In this document: one piece after another, positions 10,722 through 20,565 of the stretch
Position numbering within the stretch: position 1 is the stretch's first letter
Layout: each line of letters opens with the position of its first letter
From: Sedimentisphaerales bacterium
GTDB taxonomy: Bacteria; Planctomycetota; Phycisphaerae; Sedimentisphaerales; SM23-30
Length of the DNA: 64,000 bases
Assembly (NCBI GenBank): GCA_963666285.1
Contig: OY762711.1
Reading direction: 5' to 3' (one strand)
Position numbers and translations under genes: made by a program
The notes under the pieces: model-generated
Seen by the model: the letters and a program-made list of their open reading frames with translations, nothing else
What the model was told of the DNA's origin: nothing
Database searches by the model: none

Positions 10722-11068
10722 AAGAAAACCATAAATAAGTTAAGAGTAAAGAACTAAGAATAAAGGCAATTTCCAGAGGTCATCTAAAGAGTTGCGGTGT
10801 TTGGCTAACGCCACACATTTTTTAAAATTTAGACGACAATAGTAACTTCACAACATTCTACAGTAAAATATTTTTCAAAGCAGTTATCATATAAGATAAG
10901 AGACGCAATATCACCAGAAATGTTACAATTATTTTTACGAGCTGTCGAATATAAATTTGGTAATTACCTGATATTTATCAGACTCTTAAAAAAATATACG
11001 TTGGAAATCAAAGAAATGATAGTTACAAGTTAGCGGTGAAGTTGTCACTAATACAAAAACAACACCAT

Positions 11069-12007
11069 TTATTCTTGTTCAATTTGTTTTTGGCTTTCAG
11101 TATATCGGCCCTGTACGATAACAGCGGTAACAGAACCGGCGATAACAACAGCACCTGAGATATACTGCCAGAAATTAAGTACTTCGTGATGAATGACCCA
11201 CGAAGCAAACAGAACGCAAACCGGAACAAGGCTGAGAATGATAACCGGCAGAGTAGTACCGATAAGCTGTACAGCGGCGACATATAAAACATGAGCTATT
11301 GCCATGCAGATAAACCCAGAGATGATCAAAAGGAACCATACCTTTGAGGTAAAGTGAGCGTATTGTGAGGGATCGCCGACAGTAAAAGCTAGTATGCCGA
11401 GCAGAAACGAGGTATATAAGCTGATAATAGCAAAACCAACAACTGGATTTATGTTCTGCATATACTTTTTGATAGTAACGGTGTAGGCCGACCAGAAAAC
11501 AGCGTTGCCCATGACGATGATGACGCCTTCTGGTTTGACCTTGTCACCGAATCCTTCCTGATAGTAGAGAATGCCGAAGACTCCGATTATTACCATAAAT
11601 ATGCCTACCCAGAGGCCGGGCCTGCGAATAAATCCACGCTGGTCGGGGAACATTATAACAGTCATTATGATAACCCAGAAAATCGTGCTGCGCTGGATGA
11701 GGGTGGCGAATCCCGGATCGAGGAAATACATGGAGTTGCCCCAGCAGCTCTGGAGTGCAGCATTAAAGAAGCTGGGAATAGCAGCGATCAGCCACATTTT
11801 AGGAGGTATTTTTTTCCTGGCGGCATTATAAATCAGCAGCGGCAGCCAAAAAACCGCGGCAGTAGCATACCGGACAAAATTCTGGGTCCATGCATCGGTA
11901 TATGCGGTAAGGGTTTTGATAAATAGCGGAGCAGAAGTCCAACAAATAAGAACCCCCAAAATACAGAGCAGCCCTATCACCCTGCTACTTTTATTGTTAA
12001 CAGTCAT
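11069..12007 (-). CDS. DMT/EamA family transporter
   Basis: About 10 hydrophobic helices in two repeats, 312 aa. Confidence 0.85.
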   Translation of the reverse strand: MTVNNKSSRVIGLLCILGVLICWTSAPLFIKTLTAYTDAWTQNFVRYATAAVFWLPLLIYNAARKKIPPKMWLIAAIPSFFNAALQSCWGNSMYFLDPGFATLIQRSTIFWVIIMTVIMFPDQRGFIRRPGLWVGIFMVIIGVFGILYYQEGFGDKVKPEGVIIVMGNAVFWSAYTVTIKKYMQNINPVVGFAIISLYTSFLLGILAFTVGDPSQYAHFTSKVWFLLIISGFICMAIAHVLYVAAVQLIGTTLPVIILSLVPVCVLFASWVIHHEVLNFWQYISGAVVIAGSVTAVIVQGRYTESQKQIEQE

Positions 12008-12329
12008 TTATAGTCTCATTTCATCAAAAAAAATACATTCCGGCGATCTGAGCCCCCATATTATGCCGGTAAGTTTCACATGATATGTCAATAACCAGCA
12101 GCATACAACAAAAATGCGATTTTTATCTAAAAGCGAGGTGGAACAGCATTTTTTAGCTCTTTACCATCTCAGTATTTATGACTATAATGACAGTATAGTT
12201 GGCAAAGATATTAATATTGCTAAAATATTCTAATACCGGGGCTGACAGAATCCTGCCTGATAAGAGACAGATGTAATTTACTGATAAATATAAGCTTATA
12301 AAATCTAGATGGATCGTTGAGGTTTAATA

Positions 12330-12968
12330 ATGCGTAAAGAGACAAAAATAGGAATTATCATCGGTATAATAATAGTTGCCGGGGTAGCTGTTTATTTTGT
12401 AAACCAGGACAAGGGCCAGCGTGCAAGGACCCCGGATAACTTTTCCATGGATGAGCTTGACAAAACAGCAAGCGGAACCAGCACCGCAAAGCCAGTAAGC
12501 CCGGCAAAACCGACCCTTCCGCCTAAAACTACAGCTAATAGTAGCAAGTCAACGATTAAACTGCCGGAAGGAACAGAGAATAAGGTTGAACCGGCAAAAA
12601 CCGAACCTTTGACACCTGTTAAGAATGATGAGGCTAAGACAGCTGCTTCAGATAACAGGACAGATGTAAAGATATCATTGCCAACCAAGACCGCCGAGCC
12701 GGTAAAGGCCGAGCCGATAGTAACGAAAGCAGTAAAGGATAATGACCCGCTGGCAAATCTGCCAGAGAGCTACCCGGAACAGATAACAGAGACCAAATAT
12801 CATGTAATCAAGAAAGGTGACAGCCTGTACAGTATTTCAACAGAATATTTTGGAACCGGGAAGTACTGGAAGGCGATCTTTGATAAGAATAAAGATGTTA
12901 TCAAGAACGAAAGTTCTCTAACAGTCGGCTGGAAGATCAAGATTCCGACGCCGGAAGAGATAGAATAA
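12330..12968 (+). CDS. Membrane-anchored LysM peptidoglycan-binding protein
   Basis: N-terminal TM, Pro/Thr/Lys linker, C-terminal HVIKKGDSLYSIS..L.VG.KIKIP LysM. Confidence 0.9.
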   Translation: MRKETKIGIIIGIIIVAGVAVYFVNQDKGQRARTPDNFSMDELDKTASGTSTAKPVSPAKPTLPPKTTANSSKSTIKLPEGTENKVEPAKTEPLTPVKNDEAKTAASDNRTDVKISLPTKTAEPVKAEPIVTKAVKDNDPLANLPESYPEQITETKYHVIKKGDSLYSISTEYFGTGKYWKAIFDKNKDVIKNESSLTVGWKIKIPTPEEIE

Positions 12969-13045
12969 GAAAGTAAGAAGTTGAGGTGTCGCTAACGCGA
13001 CCTTATTTTAAAAGCTTCGCTAGGTGAAACCTATAACAAGATACG

Positions 13046-13078
13046 AAAAAAGGGAGCTGCGAGATGCAGTTCCCTTTA
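13046..13078. terminator. Bidirectional terminator between the LysM and dehydrogenase genes
   Basis: AAAAAGGGAGCTGC-GAGAT-GCAGTTCCCTTT hairpin between convergent genes. Confidence 0.75.
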
Positions 13079-13108
13079 GTATTTTAAAGTAAAGCAAAGA
13101 AAAGAGCT

Positions 13109-14185
13109 TTATTTCATTTTTGCAATAATAGCATCAGCCATTTCCTGGGTACCAACCGCGGTAGGGTCTTTACGATCTTCCTTCATATCATAGGTAACAT
13201 CTTTACCTTCAGCAATAACTTCCGCGATAGCATTTTCGAGCCTGTCAGCTTCTTCGCGATATTCGATATGTCTGAGCATAAGCATTGCACTTAACAGCAG
13301 AGCGGTCGGGTTGACCTTGTTGAGTCCTTTATATTTAGGAGCACTGCCGTGGGTAGCTTCGAAAATAGCCATATCCTTGCCGAAGTTTCCGCCGGGTGCC
13401 ATGCCCAGTCCTCCGATAAGTCCGGCACACAGGTCGCTAAGTATATCACCGTACAGATTTGGCAGTACCAGCACATCGTACATTTCCGGATACTGAACCA
13501 GCTGCATGCACATGTTGTCCACGATACGGTCTTCAAATTCGATATTCGGATATTGTTTAGCAACTTCGCGGCTGATCTCCAGCCAAAGACCGTCGGTATG
13601 CTTCATAATATTGGCTTTATGAACACTGGTAACTTTTTTGCGTCCGTTTGCCACAGCATAATCGAAAGCAAACTTCACAATACGTTCGGTACCTTCAACC
13701 GAGATCGGTTTGATGGTGATACCACTGTCGGGCCTGATTTTCTTTTCGCTGCGTTTGTTGATCCAATCGATGATTTCTGCTGCGGCGTCGGTATCCTTTT
13801 CGAACTCTATGCCGGCATAGCAATCTTCGGTATTTTCGCGGACAATCACCAGGTCAAGGTTGTCGTACTTGCTGCGTATTCCTTTGTAATATTTGCAAGG
13901 TCTGAGGCAGGCATAAAGGTCGAAATGCTGACGAAGGTGAACGTTTATACTGCGAAACCCAGTACCAACAGGGGTAGTAATAGGCGCCTTAATAGCGGCA
14001 TCGCTACTTTCGAGGCTTTTGATAGTTTCGTCGGGCAGAGGAGTGCCAACTCTTTCCATAACGTCGATACCAGCTTCCTGGATGTCCCATTTAATATCAG
14101 CACCGGTAGCATCAACACAACGCATGGTAGCTTCGGCGATTTCCGGGCCGATACCATCACCTGTAATCATTATTACTGTCTTCAA
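13109..14185 (-). CDS. icd: Isocitrate/isopropylmalate dehydrogenase family protein (probably isocitrate dehydrogenase)
   Basis: [49 protein letters not shown]. Confidence 0.8.
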   Translation of the reverse strand: MKTVIMITGDGIGPEIAEATMRCVDATGADIKWDIQEAGIDVMERVGTPLPDETIKSLESSDAAIKAPITTPVGTGFRSINVHLRQHFDLYACLRPCKYYKGIRSKYDNLDLVIVRENTEDCYAGIEFEKDTDAAAEIIDWINKRSEKKIRPDSGITIKPISVEGTERIVKFAFDYAVANGRKKVTSVHKANIMKHTDGLWLEISREVAKQYPNIEFEDRIVDNMCMQLVQYPEMYDVLVLPNLYGDILSDLCAGLIGGLGMAPGGNFGKDMAIFEATHGSAPKYKGLNKVNPTALLLSAMLMLRHIEYREEADRLENAIAEVIAEGKDVTYDMKEDRKDPTAVGTQEMADAIIAKMK

Positions 14186-14399
14186 AATAATACTCCTTAT
14201 ATACTTCTACTTATTCTAATCGATAAAATTGAAACCCATATGATACCCTAAACAGGTCCAAAAGGCGCGAAAAAACTGGGAAAAGCGTCAAATGTGGCGG
14301 TAAAATAGCCAAAAAATGGAGCATATTGAATTTTTCACAAAAAATCCCTACCTGTTTTTATCTGCATCAAACAATAGCAGGCAAGTCATTATTACGTAA

Positions 14400-15044
14400 T
14401 CAGGACTGTCTATTTCTTTTGGCAAGCAAACCACCCAGAGTAAGCAGAACGATAGTTGCGGGTTCAGGGGTAACAACCTTTACATGAGTATAAGTATCTG
14501 GATATTTGTATTGTATGGTATCGTTTAGGAATTTTATCGAAAATTCGTCATTTCCGTACTTATACCATTGCCCGGTAATGCCGTTGATTTCTCCTTCGTT
14601 ATCGTAAAGCCAGGACCAACCCTCGCAGCATTCAATTGTAATTGTTTCGCCGGCAGTAGGTTTTTGAATACTTCTAATCAGATTGACCTGTCCGCCATTG
14701 ATGATTGCTGCTGCATCTTTTAGGACATAAATATAGTTGGCTATACCACCGGAAAAAGTGACAGTGCTGTTGTCGCTGATGTATATATTATTAACTCCAC
14801 TTTCATTACTAATAAGAGGTTTTGATGTTGAAGTGACTTCTAGATGAGAATAGTCCTGAATGTCTATCCAATTTGCTCCACCATCCGAAACAGTTATTTC
14901 GCTTAAATCTGTAACAATAACATGCCCTCCATATTCACCTTTAGACAAAATACCATCCGTAGCGACATTATGAGTATCAGAAATACTCCCGTAAGATATG
15001 TTAACAGTCAATATCAATATTAACACCATTTGCGATAATTTCAT
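14400..15044 (-). CDS. PEP-CTERM surface protein, paralogue 4
   Basis: Signal peptide; C-terminal TPEPATIVLLTLGGLLAKRNRQS. Confidence 0.9.
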   Translation of the reverse strand: MKLSQMVLILILTVNISYGSISDTHNVATDGILSKGEYGGHVIVTDLSEITVSDGGANWIDIQDYSHLEVTSTSKPLISNESGVNNIYISDNSTVTFSGGIANYIYVLKDAAAIINGGQVNLIRSIQKPTAGETITIECCEGWSWLYDNEGEINGITGQWYKYGNDEFSIKFLNDTIQYKYPDTYTHVKVVTPEPATIVLLTLGGLLAKRNRQS

Positions 15045-15069
15045 TTTTTCTCCTGTAAACTCAACTGAA

Positions 15070-15117
15070 TAAAAACCTTACCTGCCGCTATTGTACCAAA
15101 TAACGGCAGGCAGGTTC
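15070..15117 (-). terminator. Terminator-like hairpin duplicated with the cassette (copy of 17796-17842)
   Basis: CCTGCCG..CGGCAGG stem with a T-run on the minus strand. Confidence 0.6.
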
Positions 15118-15122
15118 AATAT

Positions 15123-15703
15123 TTATTGTAAAGATTCCTTGATTTTGGACAATTCTTCATCAAAAAAGTCCAGAATATCCTGTAAATCTTTCTTATCTTT
15201 ACCTTTATGGGTCTGTAGAATCTTTTCTGCTACGCAATCCTGAAGGTAATAAATATCGCTGACGATTTGTGCCAGTTCAGAATTACTCATCCGATCATAA
15301 GGATTGACCGTTGCTTCTGCATCAGTATCCAGGCTTAATGCCGCCACACTTGCTACAGATTCCAGCGGAGTAACCGAAGCTGCCATCATAGTAACCTCTC
15401 CACTGATGCTTACATTGTAATTTTCATACCAGCATGCCTGCCAGAGCCAGGGCACACCAAATACAAATACTGTCAAATCCGCCAGATCTATACTGTACTG
15501 GCTGGTGCCGGTATCATCCAGGTTGCATGCCGGATTCCAATCAAAGGTATCATTGGGGTCGCCATAGTTAGGGTCAGCCCATCCGGGATCACCGGGGTCA
15601 AGAGTAAGCCATGAATCGGCAAAGAATCTGAACTCTTCCAGGTTTACTATGCCATCCGCGTTCCAATCGTATTCATTGGCAAATTCTCCCTCGGTATAAT
15701 TAC
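15123..15703 (-). pseudogene. Orphan duplicate of the C-terminal ~190 codons (dockerin-like region + tail) of the 17848..20565 protein
   Basis: Near-identical to 17848-18428. Homology ends at about 15703, right below a terminator; no start codon or signal peptide. Confidence 0.75.
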
Positions 15704-15710
15704 TTTGCAC

Positions 15711-15750
15711 GAAAAAAAAACGCCGGGCGATTATAAATTCGTCCAGCGTT
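15711..15750 (-). terminator. Intrinsic terminator after PEP-CTERM paralogue 3
   Basis: Minus strand CGCTGGACGA..TCGCCCGGCG followed by T9. Confidence 0.75.
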
Positions 15751-15780
15751 TGCAAGTTATATTGTTGTGGAATTATGGAA

Positions 15781-16428
15781 TCAGAACTGTCTATTTCTTT
15801 TGGCAAGCAAACCACCCAGGGTAAGCAGAACGATTGTTGTTGGTTCAGGTGTTACAACTTCTACATGAGTCCAGGTATCTGTTAATAATGGTTTATCAAT
15901 ATTCAAGAATTTTATCGAAAACTCGTCATTGCCGTACTTATACCATTGCCCGGCAATACCGTTAATTTCTCCTTCGTTATCATAAAGCCAGGACCAGCCT
16001 TCACAGCATTCAATTGTAATTGTTTTTCCGACATATTCATATTGTGCGGTTCTGATCAGATTGACCTGTCCGCCATTGATGATTGCTGCTGCATCTTTTA
16101 GGACATAAATATAGTTGGCTATACCACCAGAAAAAGTAACAGTGCTGTTATCGCTGGGAGTAATATAATATATTCCACCTCCGCCTTCGTAGTAGTCTGA
16201 TAATGGTGTTTTGGTTGAAATGATTTCTAAATGAGAATTATCAAATAGTCTAATCTGTTCAGCTCCTCCGCCAGTTACTGTTAAAATACTGTCTTCGCTT
16301 ACCTGTACATTAGAACCATATTCTCCCTCAGAAATATACCCATCAGTTGCAATTCCATTGGAATCATAAATACTGGCAAAAGAATGGCTAGCCAGTATTA
16401 AAATTAACATCATTTGTAAAAATTTCAT
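15781..16428 (-). CDS. PEP-CTERM surface protein, paralogue 3
   Basis: Start MKFLQMM at 16428 after AGGAG; C-terminal TPEPTTIVLLTLGGLLAKRNRQF. Confidence 0.9.
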   Translation of the reverse strand: MKFLQMMLILILASHSFASIYDSNGIATDGYISEGEYGSNVQVSEDSILTVTGGGAEQIRLFDNSHLEIISTKTPLSDYYEGGGGIYYITPSDNSTVTFSGGIANYIYVLKDAAAIINGGQVNLIRTAQYEYVGKTITIECCEGWSWLYDNEGEINGIAGQWYKYGNDEFSIKFLNIDKPLLTDTWTHVEVVTPEPTTIVLLTLGGLLAKRNRQF

Positions 16429-16451
16429 TTTTTCTCCTGTGATTAAGAGAA

Positions 16452-17098
16452 TTATACACATCGTCTTTTCATTATCACTCCGCCCAGGGTAAGCAGAACG
16501 ATTGTTGCAGGTTCAGGGGTAACAACCTTTACATGAGTCCAGGTATCTGTTAATAATGGTTTATCAATATTCAAGAATTTTATCGAAAACTCGTCATTGC
16601 CGTACTTATACCATTGCCCGGTAATACCGTTAATTTCTCCTTCGTTATCATAAAGCCAGGACCAACCCTCACAGCATTCAATAGTAATTGTTTCGCCGGC
16701 AGTAGGTTTTTGAATACTTCTAATCAGATTGACCTGTCCGCCATTGATGATTGCTGCTGCATCTTTTTGGACATAAATATAGTTGGCTATACCACCAGAA
16801 AAAGTGACAGTGCTGTTATCATTGGAAGTAATGTTATAAATCCCACCCCCCCCTCATAGTAGCCTGATAATGGTGTTTTAGTTGAAATAACCTCTAAATG
16901 AGAATAGTCTCCAAGTTCAACAACATTTGATCCTCCTCCTGTAAAAGTTAAAATACTGTCTTCACTTACCTGTACATTAGTACCATATTCACCATCTGAT
17001 ATTATTCCATCACTGGTTAACCCATTAGCATCAGAAATACTCCCGTAAGAAATGTTAACAGTCAATATCAATATTAACATCATTTGTGAAAATTTCAT
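16452..17098 (-). pseudogene. PEP-CTERM paralogue 2, frameshifted in a G8 tract (possible phase-off allele)
   Basis: 647 nt versus 648 nt for the intact neighbouring copies. C8 run at 16846-16853; adding one base restores YYEGGGGIYNI and an intact TPEPATIV..KRRCV end. Confidence 0.8.
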
Positions 17099-17121
17099 TA
17101 TTTCTCCTGTGATTAAGAGAA

Positions 17122-17769
17122 TTATATACATCGTCTTTTCATTATCACTCCGCCCAGAGTAAGCAGAACGATAGTTGCGGGTTCAGGGGTAACAACCTTT
17201 ACATGAGTCCAGGTGTCGGGGAATGAATATACAATAGTATCATTTAGGAATTTTATCGAAAATTCGTCATTGCCGTACTTATACCATTGCCCGGTAATAC
17301 CGTTGATTTCTCCTTCGTTATCGTAAAGCCAGGACCAGCCCTCACAGCATTCAATTGTAATTGTCTCTCCAACAGTAGGCTTTTGAATACTTCTAATCAG
17401 ATTGACCTGTCCGCCATTGATGATTGCTGCTGCATCTTTTTGGACATAAATATAGTTGGCAACACCACCAGAAAAAGTAACAGTGCTGTTGTCGCTGGGA
17501 ACAATGTTATATATTCCACCTCCACCTTCATAGTAACCTGATAATGGTGTTTTAGTTGAAATAACCTCTAAATGAGAATAATCGCTAAGGCGAACCTGGT
17601 CCCCCCCCCCTCCTGTAAAAGTTAAAATACTGTCTTCACTTACCTGCACATTAGTGCCATATTCACCATCAGAAATTATTCCATCGCTTGCAAGACCATT
17701 TGAATCGTAAATACTTCCATATGAGATATTAACCAATGCCAGTATTAACATCATTTGTGAAAATTTCAT
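17122..17769 (-). CDS. PEP-CTERM surface protein, paralogue 1 (in-frame G10 tract)
   Basis: Signal peptide; TPEPATIVLLTLGGVIMKRRCI; C10 run at 17601-17610. Confidence 0.9.
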   Translation of the reverse strand: MKFSQMMLILALVNISYGSIYDSNGLASDGIISDGEYGTNVQVSEDSILTFTGGGGDQVRLSDYSHLEVISTKTPLSGYYEGGGGIYNIVPSDNSTVTFSGGVANYIYVQKDAAAIINGGQVNLIRSIQKPTVGETITIECCEGWSWLYDNEGEINGITGQWYKYGNDEFSIKFLNDTIVYSFPDTWTHVKVVTPEPATIVLLTLGGVIMKRRCI

Positions 17770-17847
17770 TTTTTCTCCTGTAAACTCAACTGAATAAAAA
17801 CCTTACCTGCCGCTATTGTACCAAATAACGGCAGGCAGGTTCAATAT

Positions 17848-20565
17848 TTATTGTAAAGATTCCTTGATTTTGGCCAATTCTTCATCAAAAAAGTCCAGAA
17901 TATCCTGTAAATCTTTCTTATCTTTACCATTATGGGTCTCTAATAGCTTTTCTTCCACGCAACCCTGAAGGTAATAAATATCGCTGACTATCTGTGCCAG
18001 TTCAGAATTACTCATCCGATCATAAGGATTGACCGTTGCTTCTGCATCCGTATCCAGGCTTAATGCCGCCACACTTGCAATAGATTCCAAAGGTGAAACA
18101 GAAGCTGCCATCATAGTAACCTCTCCGCTGATACTTGCATTGTAATTTCCATACCAGCATGCCTGCCAGAGCCAAGGCACATCAAATACAAATACTGTCA
18201 AATCCGCCAGGTCTATACAGTATTGACTGGTGCCGGTATCATCCAGGTTACATGCCGGATTCCAATCATAAGTATCGTTTGGGTCGCCATAATTCGGGTC
18301 AGCCCATCCGGGATCACCGGGGTCAAGAGTAAGCCAAGAATCGGCAAAGAATCTGAACTCTTCCAGGTTTACTATGCCGTCCGCGTTCCAGTCGTTCTCG
18401 TTGGCAAATTCTTCCTCGGTATAATTACCATCACAGGAATACACTTCATCGGCACCCATATCAACATATGCACCGGCAACCCGCACTTCGTTATCATAGT
18501 CAACCTGATCGGAGTAAACCAGGTTTGGATTGCCAATATCTTTACAGATAGAGTTATATGCCAAATGGTAGTTATTCGGGTCAGGCGTACCGGCCGGGTC
18601 GGCAGGGTAGGCAAACATAGGTGCAGAACTGATATTATGATTGTTGTTGACATCATTACAGTCCTGTATGCAGCTGTAATAAGCAAAATCGGCATCTATG
18701 CCGCTCAGCTGCGGACCGCTGCTGTTGTTATAGTAAATTATGCAGTTCTGGATATCCGGATAATCCGGAGTTGGGTCATTTGGGTCTATGCTGCCATTAT
18801 CCTCAAAATGTATTCCAACTGACTTATTATTTGAGATAGTCAGGTTGTGCAGCACTGGATTGGATGGTGGATTGACAATACGAATTCCTTCATTACCTTC
18901 TTCAGAGAGGTCACTCTCAGATATAATACTGTTTTTGATATTAGGGTTTGAACCATCACTATAAATTCCATGATTATTATTCCGCATAATCCAAGAGTTA
19001 GAGACATTAAGATTACTTAAAATACTTTCATGAAAGATACCACTTGCACCATTATTTTTAACCATACATGATTTGATAGCAGCATTGGCATCTGAAACAT
19101 AGATACCATAGTTAATACTATTTTCAATAGTACAATCATTAATAGTAAAATCCAAACCCGGACTGTAGATATTATAGTCCCAGCCATATTTGATGGTTAC
19201 GCCGTCGAGCAAGCTATCTTGTCCCATTGTTACAACTGTATACGCAAAATCATAATCACTTAGTTTGCCGCTTAATATTGTCTTATATTTCTTTGCGTTC
19301 CTATTGGCAAAATCACATCCTCCGGTCGGGAAACCGCCATAAATCTCGGTTCCATCGGGTAATACGAAGCTGTCATCTTCTGAAATGCCCGGCAGATAGG
19401 TACCTTTAGCCACATAAATCGTAAACGCTTCGCTGCAAGGAGATTTCCAGGCCCGTTGTAATGCCTTTTGCAGGCCGGATTCAGTATTATAAGCATTATC
19501 CCAGCTTGAACCGGTATCATATCCGTCTGCGTTAATATCTACGTAAATTATATTAGGATCGCCATAGCAGCAGACAGGAGTATCTTCTGTTGCAATCGCC
19601 AGAACTGTTTCAAAGGTAACTGTATTACCATTGATATCTTCAATAGAATATGTACCTATTAACTCAGCCACATTGTGCAAAATCTCGCCCGGTTCGGCAT
19701 ATTCGCTTACTTCTACATCCAATGAAACGCATGTCAAAGGAGTATTGGGGTCGGTATCCGGTGCAAGCGTGCCGATTTCCCAGGTATAAGTATGAAAATT
19801 GGGGTCATAATTCGGGTCAGGCGGTATCACGTTCAAGTTGCTATCTATCCATTCCCACCCCTTCGGATAGTAAACATTTTTGGGCAAATAATCAACGATC
19901 TTAACATTTGTCAAGTTGTGATATGATTCATTCTTGTAACAGATAGTATAAGTAAATTCTTTGTTCTCCTGGGTATCGGGAGAGACACATTCGCCATCAG
20001 CAACATCATCATCTTTATATAATAGTATTCGACTCATACCATTCGGAAACAATATAACATCATGCTCATTAAGGCCTGTATCGTTAACAGTTAATGTGCC
20101 AGCCTCAACAACTCTATGAACAGACCAGTTTAATATGTCATCCTGGTCATTTGTGCGAACCCTGATATACGGACAGTTTGGGTCTTTGACTATTATCCCG
20201 GTAAAACTAAAATCACCGTCAGGTGGTATTTCGCCATGAGTAGCGTCTTCATCCCATACAACCATGATGTCGTTTACATTCATTTGCACGGGTACCGGTG
20301 TTGAAAACTGAGGTATTTTATAAACCTCATATTCAGATATAAGGCACCCATCGATATCAACATACAAATACAGATTGGTATAAGTATCCGTACTACGTCT
20401 GCTGATAACTTCAACCCAGCAGTCATTTGCAGAGCTTGAAGTTTCACCGTAATAACATGAAGTTGTTGTTGGTGATATAACAGGCTCAACAACCTGAGCA
20501 GATAGTTTTTGAGAGAGAAACACACATAACATCAAACCACATCCAACAAAAAAATACCTCATCAT
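17848..20565 (-). CDS. Large secreted protein: DUF11-like Ig domain, right-handed beta-helix, dockerin-like C-terminus
   Basis: Signal peptide; FTYTICYKN..NVKIVDYLP; GSSWDNAY..LQKAL; N/G/I-rich beta-helix repeats; DWNADGIVNLEEF..WL. Confidence 0.8.
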   Translation of the reverse strand: MMRYFFVGCGLMLCVFLSQKLSAQVVEPVISPTTTSCYYGETSSSANDCWVEVISRRSTDTYTNLYLYVDIDGCLISEYEVYKIPQFSTPVPVQMNVNDIMVVWDEDATHGEIPPDGDFSFTGIIVKDPNCPYIRVRTNDQDDILNWSVHRVVEAGTLTVNDTGLNEHDVILFPNGMSRILLYKDDDVADGECVSPDTQENKEFTYTICYKNESYHNLTNVKIVDYLPKNVYYPKGWEWIDSNLNVIPPDPNYDPNFHTYTWEIGTLAPDTDPNTPLTCVSLDVEVSEYAEPGEILHNVAELIGTYSIEDINGNTVTFETVLAIATEDTPVCCYGDPNIIYVDINADGYDTGSSWDNAYNTESGLQKALQRAWKSPCSEAFTIYVAKGTYLPGISEDDSFVLPDGTEIYGGFPTGGCDFANRNAKKYKTILSGKLSDYDFAYTVVTMGQDSLLDGVTIKYGWDYNIYSPGLDFTINDCTIENSINYGIYVSDANAAIKSCMVKNNGASGIFHESILSNLNVSNSWIMRNNNHGIYSDGSNPNIKNSIISESDLSEEGNEGIRIVNPPSNPVLHNLTISNNKSVGIHFEDNGSIDPNDPTPDYPDIQNCIIYYNNSSGPQLSGIDADFAYYSCIQDCNDVNNNHNISSAPMFAYPADPAGTPDPNNYHLAYNSICKDIGNPNLVYSDQVDYDNEVRVAGAYVDMGADEVYSCDGNYTEEEFANENDWNADGIVNLEEFRFFADSWLTLDPGDPGWADPNYGDPNDTYDWNPACNLDDTGTSQYCIDLADLTVFVFDVPWLWQACWYGNYNASISGEVTMMAASVSPLESIASVAALSLDTDAEATVNPYDRMSNSELAQIVSDIYYLQGCVEEKLLETHNGKDKKDLQDILDFFDEELAKIKESLQ

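Noticed and set aside
13349..14251. Long antisense ORFs over conserved genes (also 22207-23103, 42530-43234, 54341-55054)
   Set aside because: Shadow frames of well-supported genes on the opposite strand
15123..15815. 230-aa ORF as an intact gene
   Set aside because: Its first ~37 codons run through the upstream gene's end and a T9 terminator; only 15123-15703 is homologous coding sequence
16787..17131. 114-aa ORF as a separate protein
   Set aside because: It is the 5' half of the frameshifted PEP-CTERM copy
14400..20565. Diversity-generating retroelement
   Set aside because: No reverse transcriptase in the window, and differences between copies are not confined to adenines
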